A DNA stretch of 64,000 bases from assembly GCA_965277895.1 (NCBI GenBank), contig CBDIDR010000001.1:323272-387271 (forward strand), given 5' to 3'. The notes below the pieces were generated by a model, which worked only from the letters and a program-made list of their open reading frames with translations, had not been told where the DNA came from and ran no database searches. Every line of letters begins with the position of its first letter. Positions within the stretch are counted from its first letter, which is position 1. The translations under genes and the position numbers were made by a program. Shown here in pieces: positions 48,178-57,500 of the stretch. Source of the DNA: Flavobacteriales bacterium (GTDB taxonomy: Bacteria > Bacteroidota > Bacteroidia > Flavobacteriales > UBA7312).

Positions 48178-49809
48178 ATGAAGAGAAGAGATTTTATTAA
48201 ACTATCAGCAACTGCATCAGCCATAGGCTTGTTGCCATTCGAAATGAAAGCTATGCTTAAGCAGTTGTCGTTGGATGAATGTGATTTTTCTCATAGAAAA
48301 TTAGTGCTTATAAATCTAAAAGGCGGAAATGATGGCTTGAATACTATCATTCCAATTAACCAATACGACACCTACAGCTCGTTGAGGCCCAATATTAAAG
48401 TAGCTAACTCTGGCTTAAACAGCTACATCACTTTAGACAGCACCTTAGCTGAAAATCAGCAAGTTGGTTTAAACCCTGCACTAACAAGTTTTAAATCTAT
48501 GTACGATAATGGATGGCTAAAACTTATCCAATCAGTAGGATACCCTTCCCACAATAGAAGCCATTTTACTTCAAAAGATATTATGTCTACTGGAAACGAT
48601 GGAAATAGTTGGTTGAATGGCACCGAGTCAGGATGGGTTGGACGATTTATGGAGCTTAATTACGTCGATGAACTCAACGCTTCATATCCTCTTGCTGTTC
48701 AGATTGGATCAAAAAGTATAGCCTTAGATTTTATTGGCAATCATAATCATGGAATGGCTTTAAATATCACAGGTCAAGACCCCTCAGGGTTTTATTCAGT
48801 TTTGTCTGGATTATCTGGCCAACCGCCTCAATCCTTTCCAAATTCGCATTATGGAACGGAGTTAGAATATGTTGTTGGCGTTGACAATCTTTCTAATCAA
48901 TACTCACAATCCATTTCTGATGCCTTTAATAGCGGAACAAACTCCATAAGCTACCCTGATACTAATCTGGCGGATCAATTGAAAACAGTGGCTAAATTGA
49001 TTAGCGGTGGCTTGAACTCAAAAGTATATCTAGTTAAAATTTCAGGCTTTGATACACATAACAATCAGGTGCAAGATTCAGGAAGTCCAATCGGAGAACA
49101 TCATGAACTTTTAACTGAGCTTTCAACAGCTGTTGAAACGTTTTTTAATGACTTAGATGCTCAAGGCATTGCTGATGATGTCGTTGGCGTAACCTATTCT
49201 GAATTTGGAAGAAAAGCAGCTGAAAATGGTAATTTGGGAACAGACCACGGTCAAGTGTCACCTATGTTTGTTTTTGGGAAGCCTATTCAAGCAGGTGTTT
49301 CAGGAATTAACCCAGATTTGACTGAAGCTAATAGTGACAATAACTATCAAATTGAAACCGTACAGTATGATTATAGGCAGACCTTTGCAACTCTTTTTCA
49401 AGATTTTATGGGTGCAGATTTCAATATAATTAACAGTGCCTTTTATAACCATACTTCTGAAGAGTCTATTGTAGAATCTAAAATAAACGGTTTAATAAAA
49501 GATTCTTTTTTAGTTCCTGAAGATTGCTATGAGAATGTCTCGACTACTACGAATTTTGAAGAAGCACATTTTGAAGTTTTTCCCAACCCATTTAAATCAT
49601 CGATAAACATTAGCTCCAATTTTAGTTTAACTCATTTTTCAAGCTTTGAGGTTTATACCATTAGTGGTCAATTCCTTTTAAGCGGTAGGGTTGTAGTAGC
49701 GAATAGTAACAAATTAAGTATAAACCTTTCTAGTCTAAGTAGCGGCATTTACATACTGAAAATCAATTCAACCAATACGTCGAAAAAATTTAAAGTTGTT
49801 AAATCTTGA
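48178..49809 (+). CDS. DUF1501 domain protein (sulfatase/phosphatase-like fold) with Tat signal and T9SS type A C-terminal domain
   Basis: Twin-arginine signal MKRRDFIKLSATASAIGLL, the DUF1501-like motif FDTHNNQ...EFGR...GTDHG, and a C-terminal ~80 aa FEVFPNPFKSSINISS...GIYILKINS...KFKVVKS. Confidence 0.8.
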   Translation: MKRRDFIKLSATASAIGLLPFEMKAMLKQLSLDECDFSHRKLVLINLKGGNDGLNTIIPINQYDTYSSLRPNIKVANSGLNSYITLDSTLAENQQVGLNPALTSFKSMYDNGWLKLIQSVGYPSHNRSHFTSKDIMSTGNDGNSWLNGTESGWVGRFMELNYVDELNASYPLAVQIGSKSIALDFIGNHNHGMALNITGQDPSGFYSVLSGLSGQPPQSFPNSHYGTELEYVVGVDNLSNQYSQSISDAFNSGTNSISYPDTNLADQLKTVAKLISGGLNSKVYLVKISGFDTHNNQVQDSGSPIGEHHELLTELSTAVETFFNDLDAQGIADDVVGVTYSEFGRKAAENGNLGTDHGQVSPMFVFGKPIQAGVSGINPDLTEANSDNNYQIETVQYDYRQTFATLFQDFMGADFNIINSAFYNHTSEESIVESKINGLIKDSFLVPEDCYENVSTTTNFEEAHFEVFPNPFKSSINISSNFSLTHFSSFEVYTISGQFLLSGRVVVANSNKLSINLSSLSSGIYILKINSTNTSKKFKVVKS

Positions 49810-49835
49810 GAAGCTCTTGAAGTTCTATCAAAAAC

Positions 49836-51029
49836 TCATTCAATAATTATCTTTTTCTCAACTAAACCACCCTCATAGAGGTAAAAGAGGGGTGTGTTTT
49901 TCAATTCACTAGTTTCCCTGCCGAAGACATCAACGATTTTAATTAGCTTTTTTGAATAGGTGTTTGAAAAGCTTTCCACAGTAGAGACACAGCTTAAATC
50001 ATTGATATAATTCCATATGCCTATATTAAGATTAGTCTCAACAAGCTCAGTTGATGTTGCATTCCCCATTCTAATCCACACCATATTTTCAGAAGGTACA
50101 ACATTTATTATCTGGCCGTTTTTGCCGAGTGCTGCGATTACATCATTTGGGGCGTTTGGGAAAAGGCTGCCGTCAAAGACAAATTGAGTTCCTGGCAACA
50201 TAAAACTTGACTTTCCATTAAGCCACCACAAGTAGCCATACGATTCGTTTAAAGCTTGCGAGCTATTGACCATCTGACTAAAGTAGTTTTCGTCAGACAG
50301 AATTTGAGTTCCATCCCATTCGCCATTATTTTGAATTAATAAACCAAAACGAGCCATACTCCTTGTTGTACTTGAAAAAACATTGTCGTAGCCAACATAG
50401 CTGAAAATACCATCCATGCCAATAGGGTTCAGCAGCCTTTGATTTGCATATATATTTATGCCTTGTCCAGTGGCATTTTCTAATACCGGTCTTAACAGAG
50501 TATAAGGAGCATTGTGGTATGCCCATCTTGTTTCAGGCTCAGCCAAGTAGATAAGACAGCTGTCATCAGTACAGAAAGGATTTGAAACGCCATCGTCAAG
50601 GCCACTTGTCATAGTAAGCTGATTCCAAATGGTTATTTTTTCTTCTTCTTCAGGCGAGGAATAAGTCCAGCCGCTTCCTAGATAATCAGATGTTGTGTCG
50701 TTAATATTCAAAAAACCCTCCTCTTGAGCAATACCCAAGAGAAACGAGCTCAGCGTTTTACCTGCCGATGCCCAATACCAATACGAGCTGTCTGTATGTT
50801 CGTCAAAATACTGTTCTAAAACAATTTTACCGTCCTTCAGAAGAATAAAAGACTTGCTGTTAGCCTCATCCAAAAAGCCATATAAACTATCAATTTTATC
50901 TGGACACCAGTCAAAGTTTGACGGTGAAAGGGTATCCCATTCTGAAGAGTTATTTGGCGGAAAATACGATTGTGCACTTACTGATGCAGCAAACAGAAAA
51001 AGCATAAAAACCATGATAGTTCTCATCAC
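49836..51029 (-). CDS. secreted serine hydrolase, beta-lactamase/PBP (class C-like) family
   Basis: Signal peptide. S-x-x-K (WASAGKTL) and Y-x-N (AYHNAPY) motifs. 397 aa with a short C-terminal tail shared with 51643..52644. Confidence 0.75.
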   Translation of the reverse strand: MMRTIMVFMLFLFAASVSAQSYFPPNNSSEWDTLSPSNFDWCPDKIDSLYGFLDEANSKSFILLKDGKIVLEQYFDEHTDSSYWYWASAGKTLSSFLLGIAQEEGFLNINDTTSDYLGSGWTYSSPEEEEKITIWNQLTMTSGLDDGVSNPFCTDDSCLIYLAEPETRWAYHNAPYTLLRPVLENATGQGINIYANQRLLNPIGMDGIFSYVGYDNVFSSTTRSMARFGLLIQNNGEWDGTQILSDENYFSQMVNSSQALNESYGYLWWLNGKSSFMLPGTQFVFDGSLFPNAPNDVIAALGKNGQIINVVPSENMVWIRMGNATSTELVETNLNIGIWNYINDLSCVSTVESFSNTYSKKLIKIVDVFGRETSELKNTPLFYLYEGGLVEKKIIIE

Positions 51030-51077
51030 TCAACAAATTAAGGGTTAATGTATTGATTCAGAAATCCTAGCCCGAGC

Positions 51078-51467
51078 TTACTCTTTTTTTGATTTAAATT
51101 CAAAAACAGAAAAAGTGCTTGTACCAGAAGTATCCTCAGTAAATACGCTTGTATCCCAAGTTTTAGTTGCCCACTCGTCACATTCACCGTCTCCAAAATC
51201 AATAGAGGCTACCCAATTGTCATTTTCATCATGGAACTCAATTAATCCTGAAACAGGCGTTAAAACGGTTTTATCCCACTCTTCAAAATAGCACTCTTCT
51301 TTGACAATTGAATCCGATATAGTTTCAACATATCCATCTTCTTGTAGTTCCGACCTTAGCTCTAAGGCATCGTTACTCACTACTTCAACATCTTGAATAT
51401 CGGTTTTCTCGCATGCCGTAAACAGCAATCCGACACATAATAAAATTGATAAAACGTATTTTGACAT
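51078..51467 (-). CDS. small acidic lipoprotein, unknown function
   Basis: Lipobox LLFTAC. 129 aa and D/E-rich, with no recognisable motif. Confidence 0.6.
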   Translation of the reverse strand: MSKYVLSILLCVGLLFTACEKTDIQDVEVVSNDALELRSELQEDGYVETISDSIVKEECYFEEWDKTVLTPVSGLIEFHDENDNWVASIDFGDGECDEWATKTWDTSVFTEDTSGTSTFSVFEFKSKKE

Positions 51468-51580
51468 TTGTAAAGGTTTTAGAGTATCAAAGTTACTAAA
51501 TTTTCAAAATATAAGTCAGAGTATTAGCTCTACAAGGGTCATACAGCCTTTTTTAATAGTATTTGGTTAATGCGTTTTTT

Positions 51581-51609
51581 ATCCCGCTAAATTGAGCGGG
51601 ATATTTTTT
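51581..51609 (+). terminator. orphan terminator-like hairpin in the divergent intergenic region
   Basis: atcccgct (51581-88) pairs with agcgggat (51595-602), followed by attttttg. No upstream + strand gene. Confidence 0.35.
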
Positions 51610-51642
51610 GTAGCTTTACCCTAACCTAACCCCATTCTCATA

Positions 51643-52644
51643 ATGAAGCTCTATTTTGCCCTAATTTTAGTTGTTCCAGCACTTGTTTTTGGACAAGAGA
51701 ACTTTAGTTTTTCACATGACGGCATTATCAGACAATACATTTATTATTCACCTGATAAACTGGAAGATAATGCCCCTCTAGTTTTTGTTGGGCATGGCTA
51801 TAGCGGTACCGCACAAGGAATGATGAACTCTTGCACAATGAATGAGCTTGCCGATAATTATGGCTTTGCAGTTTGTTATCCAGAAGGAACAGTCGATGGT
51901 TCAGGTAATAATTTTTGGAATGTTGGCTATGATTTTCACCAAAACGAGTCGGTTGATGATGTAGGCTTTATACTTTCCCTTGCGACATATTTGCAAGAAA
52001 CGTACAACTTAAGCGTTGAAAATACCTTTGGAACAGGCATGTCCAATGGCGGAGAACTATGCTACCTATTAGCCTGTCAATCAAACGGAAAGATTAAAGC
52101 TGTAGCTCCCGTAGCTGGAGGAATTTGGTACAATTTTTTGAATGACAATGGCTGTAATCCAAAAGTACCAATGCCACTTTTTATTAAGCACGGAACGAAT
52201 GATTATGTAACTCTTTATGAAGGGGATGTAACAGACGATTATTGGGGGGCTTATTTGTCAGTAGATTCAATTGTCAGCATTTTTTTAAATCAACACAACT
52301 TCACGGATTTGGTCATTGATACGATGCCAAACCTGAACAATAATCAGAGAATAACAATACGGTCAAAATACAGCTCACCCTTGAATTATAAGCAGTTATG
52401 GCTGTATAAATACGAAAACGGAGGACATAACTGGGGAGCGGATGACTATAGTGTTGAAGAAGAAATATGGGAATTCTTTAGTCTAATGATGAGCACACCC
52501 TCAACAATCCATTCATATACAAAAGATAGAAAACCCATTAGAAGGTTTGATTTTTTAGGGCGAGATATTCAACAAAAAAACAACCCCCTATTTATTGAGT
52601 TTTATGATGACGGAACCGTAGAAAAAAGACTAATTATTGACTAG
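51643..52644 (+). CDS. secreted alpha/beta-hydrolase, PHB-depolymerase/LpqC-like esterase family
   Basis: Signal peptide, nucleophile elbow GMSNGG and HGxxxxxxxxM-type N-terminal block (VFVGHGYSGTAQGM). The C-terminal tail is shared with 49836..51029. Confidence 0.7.
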   Translation: MKLYFALILVVPALVFGQENFSFSHDGIIRQYIYYSPDKLEDNAPLVFVGHGYSGTAQGMMNSCTMNELADNYGFAVCYPEGTVDGSGNNFWNVGYDFHQNESVDDVGFILSLATYLQETYNLSVENTFGTGMSNGGELCYLLACQSNGKIKAVAPVAGGIWYNFLNDNGCNPKVPMPLFIKHGTNDYVTLYEGDVTDDYWGAYLSVDSIVSIFLNQHNFTDLVIDTMPNLNNNQRITIRSKYSSPLNYKQLWLYKYENGGHNWGADDYSVEEEIWEFFSLMMSTPSTIHSYTKDRKPIRRFDFLGRDIQQKNNPLFIEFYDDGTVEKRLIID

Positions 52645-52713
52645 CATTTTTCAAATAAGTTGTTGCAGGAAAGCCAACGAATGACTTTTTGTGATAAGTG
52701 TCTTCTTTTTTTT

Positions 52714-52721
52714 TATTTTTG
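52714..52721 (+). promoter_or_regulatory. Bacteroidota -7 promoter box (TATTTTTG)
   Basis: Exact TAnnTTTG match 25 nt upstream of the ATG at 52746. Confidence 0.45.
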
Positions 52722-52920
52722 GAATGAACCCTAACAAGTTAAGATATGCGTCTAGTTTTATCTGTTTTACTCCTTTCAACATTTATTTTTTTTGCTAAAT
52801 GCGGGGAGGTTAGGGCCGTCAATAAAGCAGAGTCGGGCATTTCTAACAATGCCATTTCAGCCCATTTTGAAGAAATAAATATAGTAGAGCAAAGCAGTTT
52901 TTCAAGCACAAGTGCTAGTG

Positions 52921-54533
52921 TTGTAGATTCTCTTGAGGTTAATATTTTACAAGATGATGTTTGTGACGCAAATGGAATTATGGAGATTATTACACCAACT
53001 AATATGTCTCCTCCTTATAACTTAGAGGTAATTTACCCCAATAATTCAGTATTCACATTTGCCTATAACGATGCTGGTTTTACACTTTCAAATCTTAATG
53101 GCGGTTTGTACGAAATAACAGTATTTTCAGGAAATGACACTTCCTTTGCTTCTGTTGATTTACCACAAATAGAATTAAACACTAATTTTTACAGCCCATC
53201 TTTTTCTACTGGAGGATACAATATAAGCTGTTATGGCGATTGCGACGCCTCCTTATTTATTAATATTATTAATCCTTCTGAGACGTATACTGTAGACTGG
53301 TATATGGACTCTGTTTCTGGAGCGCCTTTTTATAGCAGTTCAGAGGTTAGCTCTAGTCAAGATAATTTGTGTGCTGGCGAATATGCCATTTTATTCACTT
53401 CTTCTTCTGGTTGTGAGTCAGTAAGAGAATTTACAATTCGCGAGCCAGATAGTTTGTATACAGAAGGAGTCAGCGGTGAAGAAGTCTGCGAACCAGATCC
53501 AAACGGCTACATAGAAGTAGATGTTTTTGGTGGCGTTGGGGAGGCTATAAACAATGCCACAGGACAAGTCATAAATTTTATTGATTACACTTACAGTTGG
53601 ACAGGGCCCAATGGATATACCTCTTCACAAGAAGATATTAGCTCTTTAGAGGCGGGAAATTATACCCTTGAAGTAGAAGATAACAATGGCTGTACGTACA
53701 CGAGTAGTTTCAATGTTGTTGATGTTTTTCAAGGCCTAGAATTAGCCGAGCTAAATAGTGAAGGAATCACTTGTAACGGTGGCTCTGATGGCAGCTTGGA
53801 AGTAGCAGCAACAGGAGGTTTGGCCCCCTATGAATACAGAATAGACGGAGGAGCGTGGCAGTCATCAGGAGTATTCACAGGACTATCTTCAGGAACTTAT
53901 GCGGTTGAAGTTAAGGATGGCAATAACTGTATAGTACTCTTGGATGTAGATATAGAAGATGCCGAAGTCCTTACTTCAGAAACTACAATAGAAAGTTGTG
54001 AAGCTTACACATGGAACGGCACGACTTATACGGAAAGTGGCACGCACACTTATACGACTACTAACGCAAATGGCTGCGATAGTACAGCTACTTTAAATTT
54101 AACAATTGTTGAAAATAGTACTGGCACAGACACACAAGTACATTGTGAAGAATACACCTGGATTGATGGAGTAACATATACTGAGAGTAACACAACGGCT
54201 ACATATACTTTTCTTATTACAGAAGGCTGTGACAGTGTAGTGACCTTAGACCTCACCATAGATATTTGTGGTTGTACAGATGCTTTAGCCTGTAATTATG
54301 ACTCCTCTGCAACGAGCGATGATGGTTCTTGCGAATACGAAGACCCATTAGATTTAGGTTCAGATGTTTTTGTTTGTGAGGGGAGTTATATTTTAGACGC
54401 CGGCTCAGGCTATGACACCTACCTTTGGTCAACAGGTGAAACTACACAAACCATAACAGTAAATCAGACGGGGGAGTATACCGTTTCTACACCTTGCTCT
54501 AATACAGATGCTGTTTTTGTAACGCTTAACTAT
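52921..54533 (+). repeat. adhesin macro-module copy 1 (~1.6 kb)
   Basis: Begins SLEVNILQDDVCDANG and ends FVTLNYCD. Same domain order as copies 2-4: Ig-like domains, a SprB-type repeat, two Cys-repeats, the CGCTD linker and a YLWSTGETT domain. Confidence 0.8.
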
Positions 54534-57500
54534 TGTGACTCTTTGGTCGTTAATGTTATTCAAGACGATTTATGTAACAGTAATGGTATATTAGAAATTA
54601 TCCCACCTTCTTCTCTAACACCACCATACGCCATAGATATTATTTACCCAAACGGCTCTATTTTTAATGATAATTTCTCAACTGAAGTTCTCACTCTTAA
54701 TGGTTTAGGCGGAGGTTTTTACGAAATAACAGTTTCATCAAATAACGATACGGCATCATCTTCGGTTGAGCTTTTAGAAAACACTTTAAACACTAACTTC
54801 TTTAGCCCTGCTAGTAGTGGTTATAATGTTAGCTGTTATGGCGATTGCGATGCCTCTTTATCGGTCAATATATTCAATTCGTCAGAGACATATACTATTG
54901 ATTGGTACACCGATTCTGTTTTCGGGGTTCCGTTTTTCAGCACCACAGACTTTAACAGTACTCAAGATAATTTATGTGCTGGCGAATACACCATCTTGTT
55001 CACCTCTTCTACAGGCTGTGAGTCTACGAGAAACTTCACTGTCAGACAGCCAGACAGTTTATATACAGAAGGAGTCGTTGGAGAAGAAGTCTGCGGACAA
55101 GACCCTAACGGCTTTATAAATTTAGATGTCTTTGGTGGTGTAGGTGACGTGATAAATAACTCGACAGGTCAAGTTATATCTTTTGTAGATTATACTTACA
55201 GTTGGACGGGCCCTAACGGCTTTACTTCAACACAAGAAGATATCAGTTCTTTAGAAGCAGGTGATTATACTCTAGAGATAGAAGACAATAACGGCTGTAC
55301 ACATACAAATACGTTCACAGTTATAGATGTTGTACAGGGCTTAGAGCTATCATTATTAAATAATATTGGTGTAACATGTTATGGCGGTTCTGACGGCAGT
55401 GTGGAAGTAGTAGCGACAGGAGGTCAAGCCCCTTACGACTACAGAATAGATGGAGGAGCGTGGCAATCATCAGGAGAATTTACTGGACTAGCTTCTTTTG
55501 CAGGAACATACATTATTGAAGTAAGAGACGACAATGACTGTGTAGTATCTTTGGGAGTAGATGTGGAAGATGCTGAAGTTCTTATTTCAGAAACAACGAT
55601 TGAAAGTTGTGACACCTATACTTGGAATGGCACAACTTATACAGCAAGTGGCACATACACTTACCTTACACAAAACGCCAATGGTTGTGACAGCACTGCG
55701 ACATTAAACCTAACCATAAACCAAACAACATTTGGTACAGACACACAAGTGCATTGCGAAGAATATACTTGGATAGACGGCATTACTTACACAGCAACTA
55801 ATACGACAGCAAGCTTTACTTTGACAAGTTCAACAGGCTGTGATAGTATAGTAACCTTAGACCTCACTATTTTAGAAGCTACAGAATCTACAACATCAGA
55901 AGTATCTTGTGATACCTATACGTGGAACGGCACGACTTATTCGGAAAGCGGAGCATACACCTATACAACTACAAACGCCAATGGCTGCGATAGTACAGCG
56001 ACCTTGAATTTAACAATCAACGAAACAACATTTGGCACGGATGTTCAATCAAATTGCGAAGAATATACTTGGATAGATGGTGTAACATATACCGAGAGTA
56101 ACAACACAGCTACCTACATATTAACCAATTCATTAGGTTGTGACAGTATCGTAACTTTAGACCTCACTATTTTAGAGACTACAGAATCTACAACAACGAT
56201 TGAAAGCTGCGACACCTATACGTGGAACGGCACAACTTATACAGCAAGTGGCACATACACTTACCTTACACAAAACGCCAATGGTTGTGACAGCACTGCG
56301 ACATTAAACCTAACAATAAACCAAACAACATTTGGTACAGACACACAAGTACATTGCGAAGAATATACTTGGATAGACGGCATTACTTACACAGCAACTA
56401 ATACGACAGCAAGCTTTACTTTGACAAGTTCAACAGGCTGTGATAGCATAGTAACCTTAGAACTCACTATTTTAGAAGCTACAGAATCTACAACATCAGA
56501 AGTATCTTGTGATACCTATACGTGGAACGGCACGACTTATACAACAAGTGGTACATACACTTACACGACTACAAACGCCAATGGCTGCGATAGTACAGCG
56601 ACCTTGAATTTAACAATCAACGAAACAACATTTGGTACAGATGTTCAATCAAATTGCGAAGAATATACTTGGATAGATGGTGTAACATATACCGAGAGTA
56701 ACAACACAGCTACCTACACATTAACCAATTCATTAGGTTTGACAGTATCGTAACTTTAGACCTCACTATTTTAGAGACTACAGAATCTACAACAACGATT
56801 GAAAGCTGCGACACCTATACGTGGAACGGCACAACTTATACAGCAAGTGGCACATACACTTACCTTACACAAAACGCCAAGATAGCGCTGCGACCTTGAA
56901 CCTAACAATAAACGAAACAACACTTTGGCACAGATGTTTCAAATTGCGAAGAATATACTTGGATAGACGGCATTAACTATACCGATAGTAACTAAACACA
57001 GCTACCTACTATTACAATTCAAGAGGCTGTGACAGCATCGTAACTTTAGACTCACTATTTTAGAAGCTACAGAATCTACAACATCAGAAGTATCTTGTGA
57101 TACCTATACGTGGAACGGCACGACTTATTCGGAAAGCGGAGCATACACCTATACAACTACAAACGCCAATGGCTGCGATAGTACAGCGACCTTGAATTTA
57201 ACAATCAACGAAACAACATTTGGCACGGATGTTCAATCAAATTGCGAAGAATATACTTGGATAGATGGTGTAACATATACCGAGAGTAACAACACAGCTA
57301 CCTACATATTAACCAATTCATTAGGTTGTGACAGTATCGTAACTTTAGACCTCACTATTTTAGAGACTACAGAATCTACAACAACGATTGAAAGCTGCGA
57401 CACCTATACGTGGAACGGCACAACTTATACAGCAAGTGGCACATACACTTACCTTACACAAAACGCCAATGGTTGTGACAGCACTGCGACATTAAACCTA

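Noticed and set aside
50326-50526. 66-aa minus-strand ORF inside the serine hydrolase gene, plus other short internal ORFs (2911..3132, 5941..6186, 25318..25578, 27233..27442)
   Set aside because: They are alternative-frame ORFs nested in well-supported longer genes. They have odd composition and no expression signals.
45840-52700. tRNA-associated integrative island or prophage
   Set aside because: I saw no integrase, excisionase, IS or transposase genes. By eye I found no direct repeat of the tRNA 3' end downstream. Only a rearrangement junction (the adhesin remnant) is supported.
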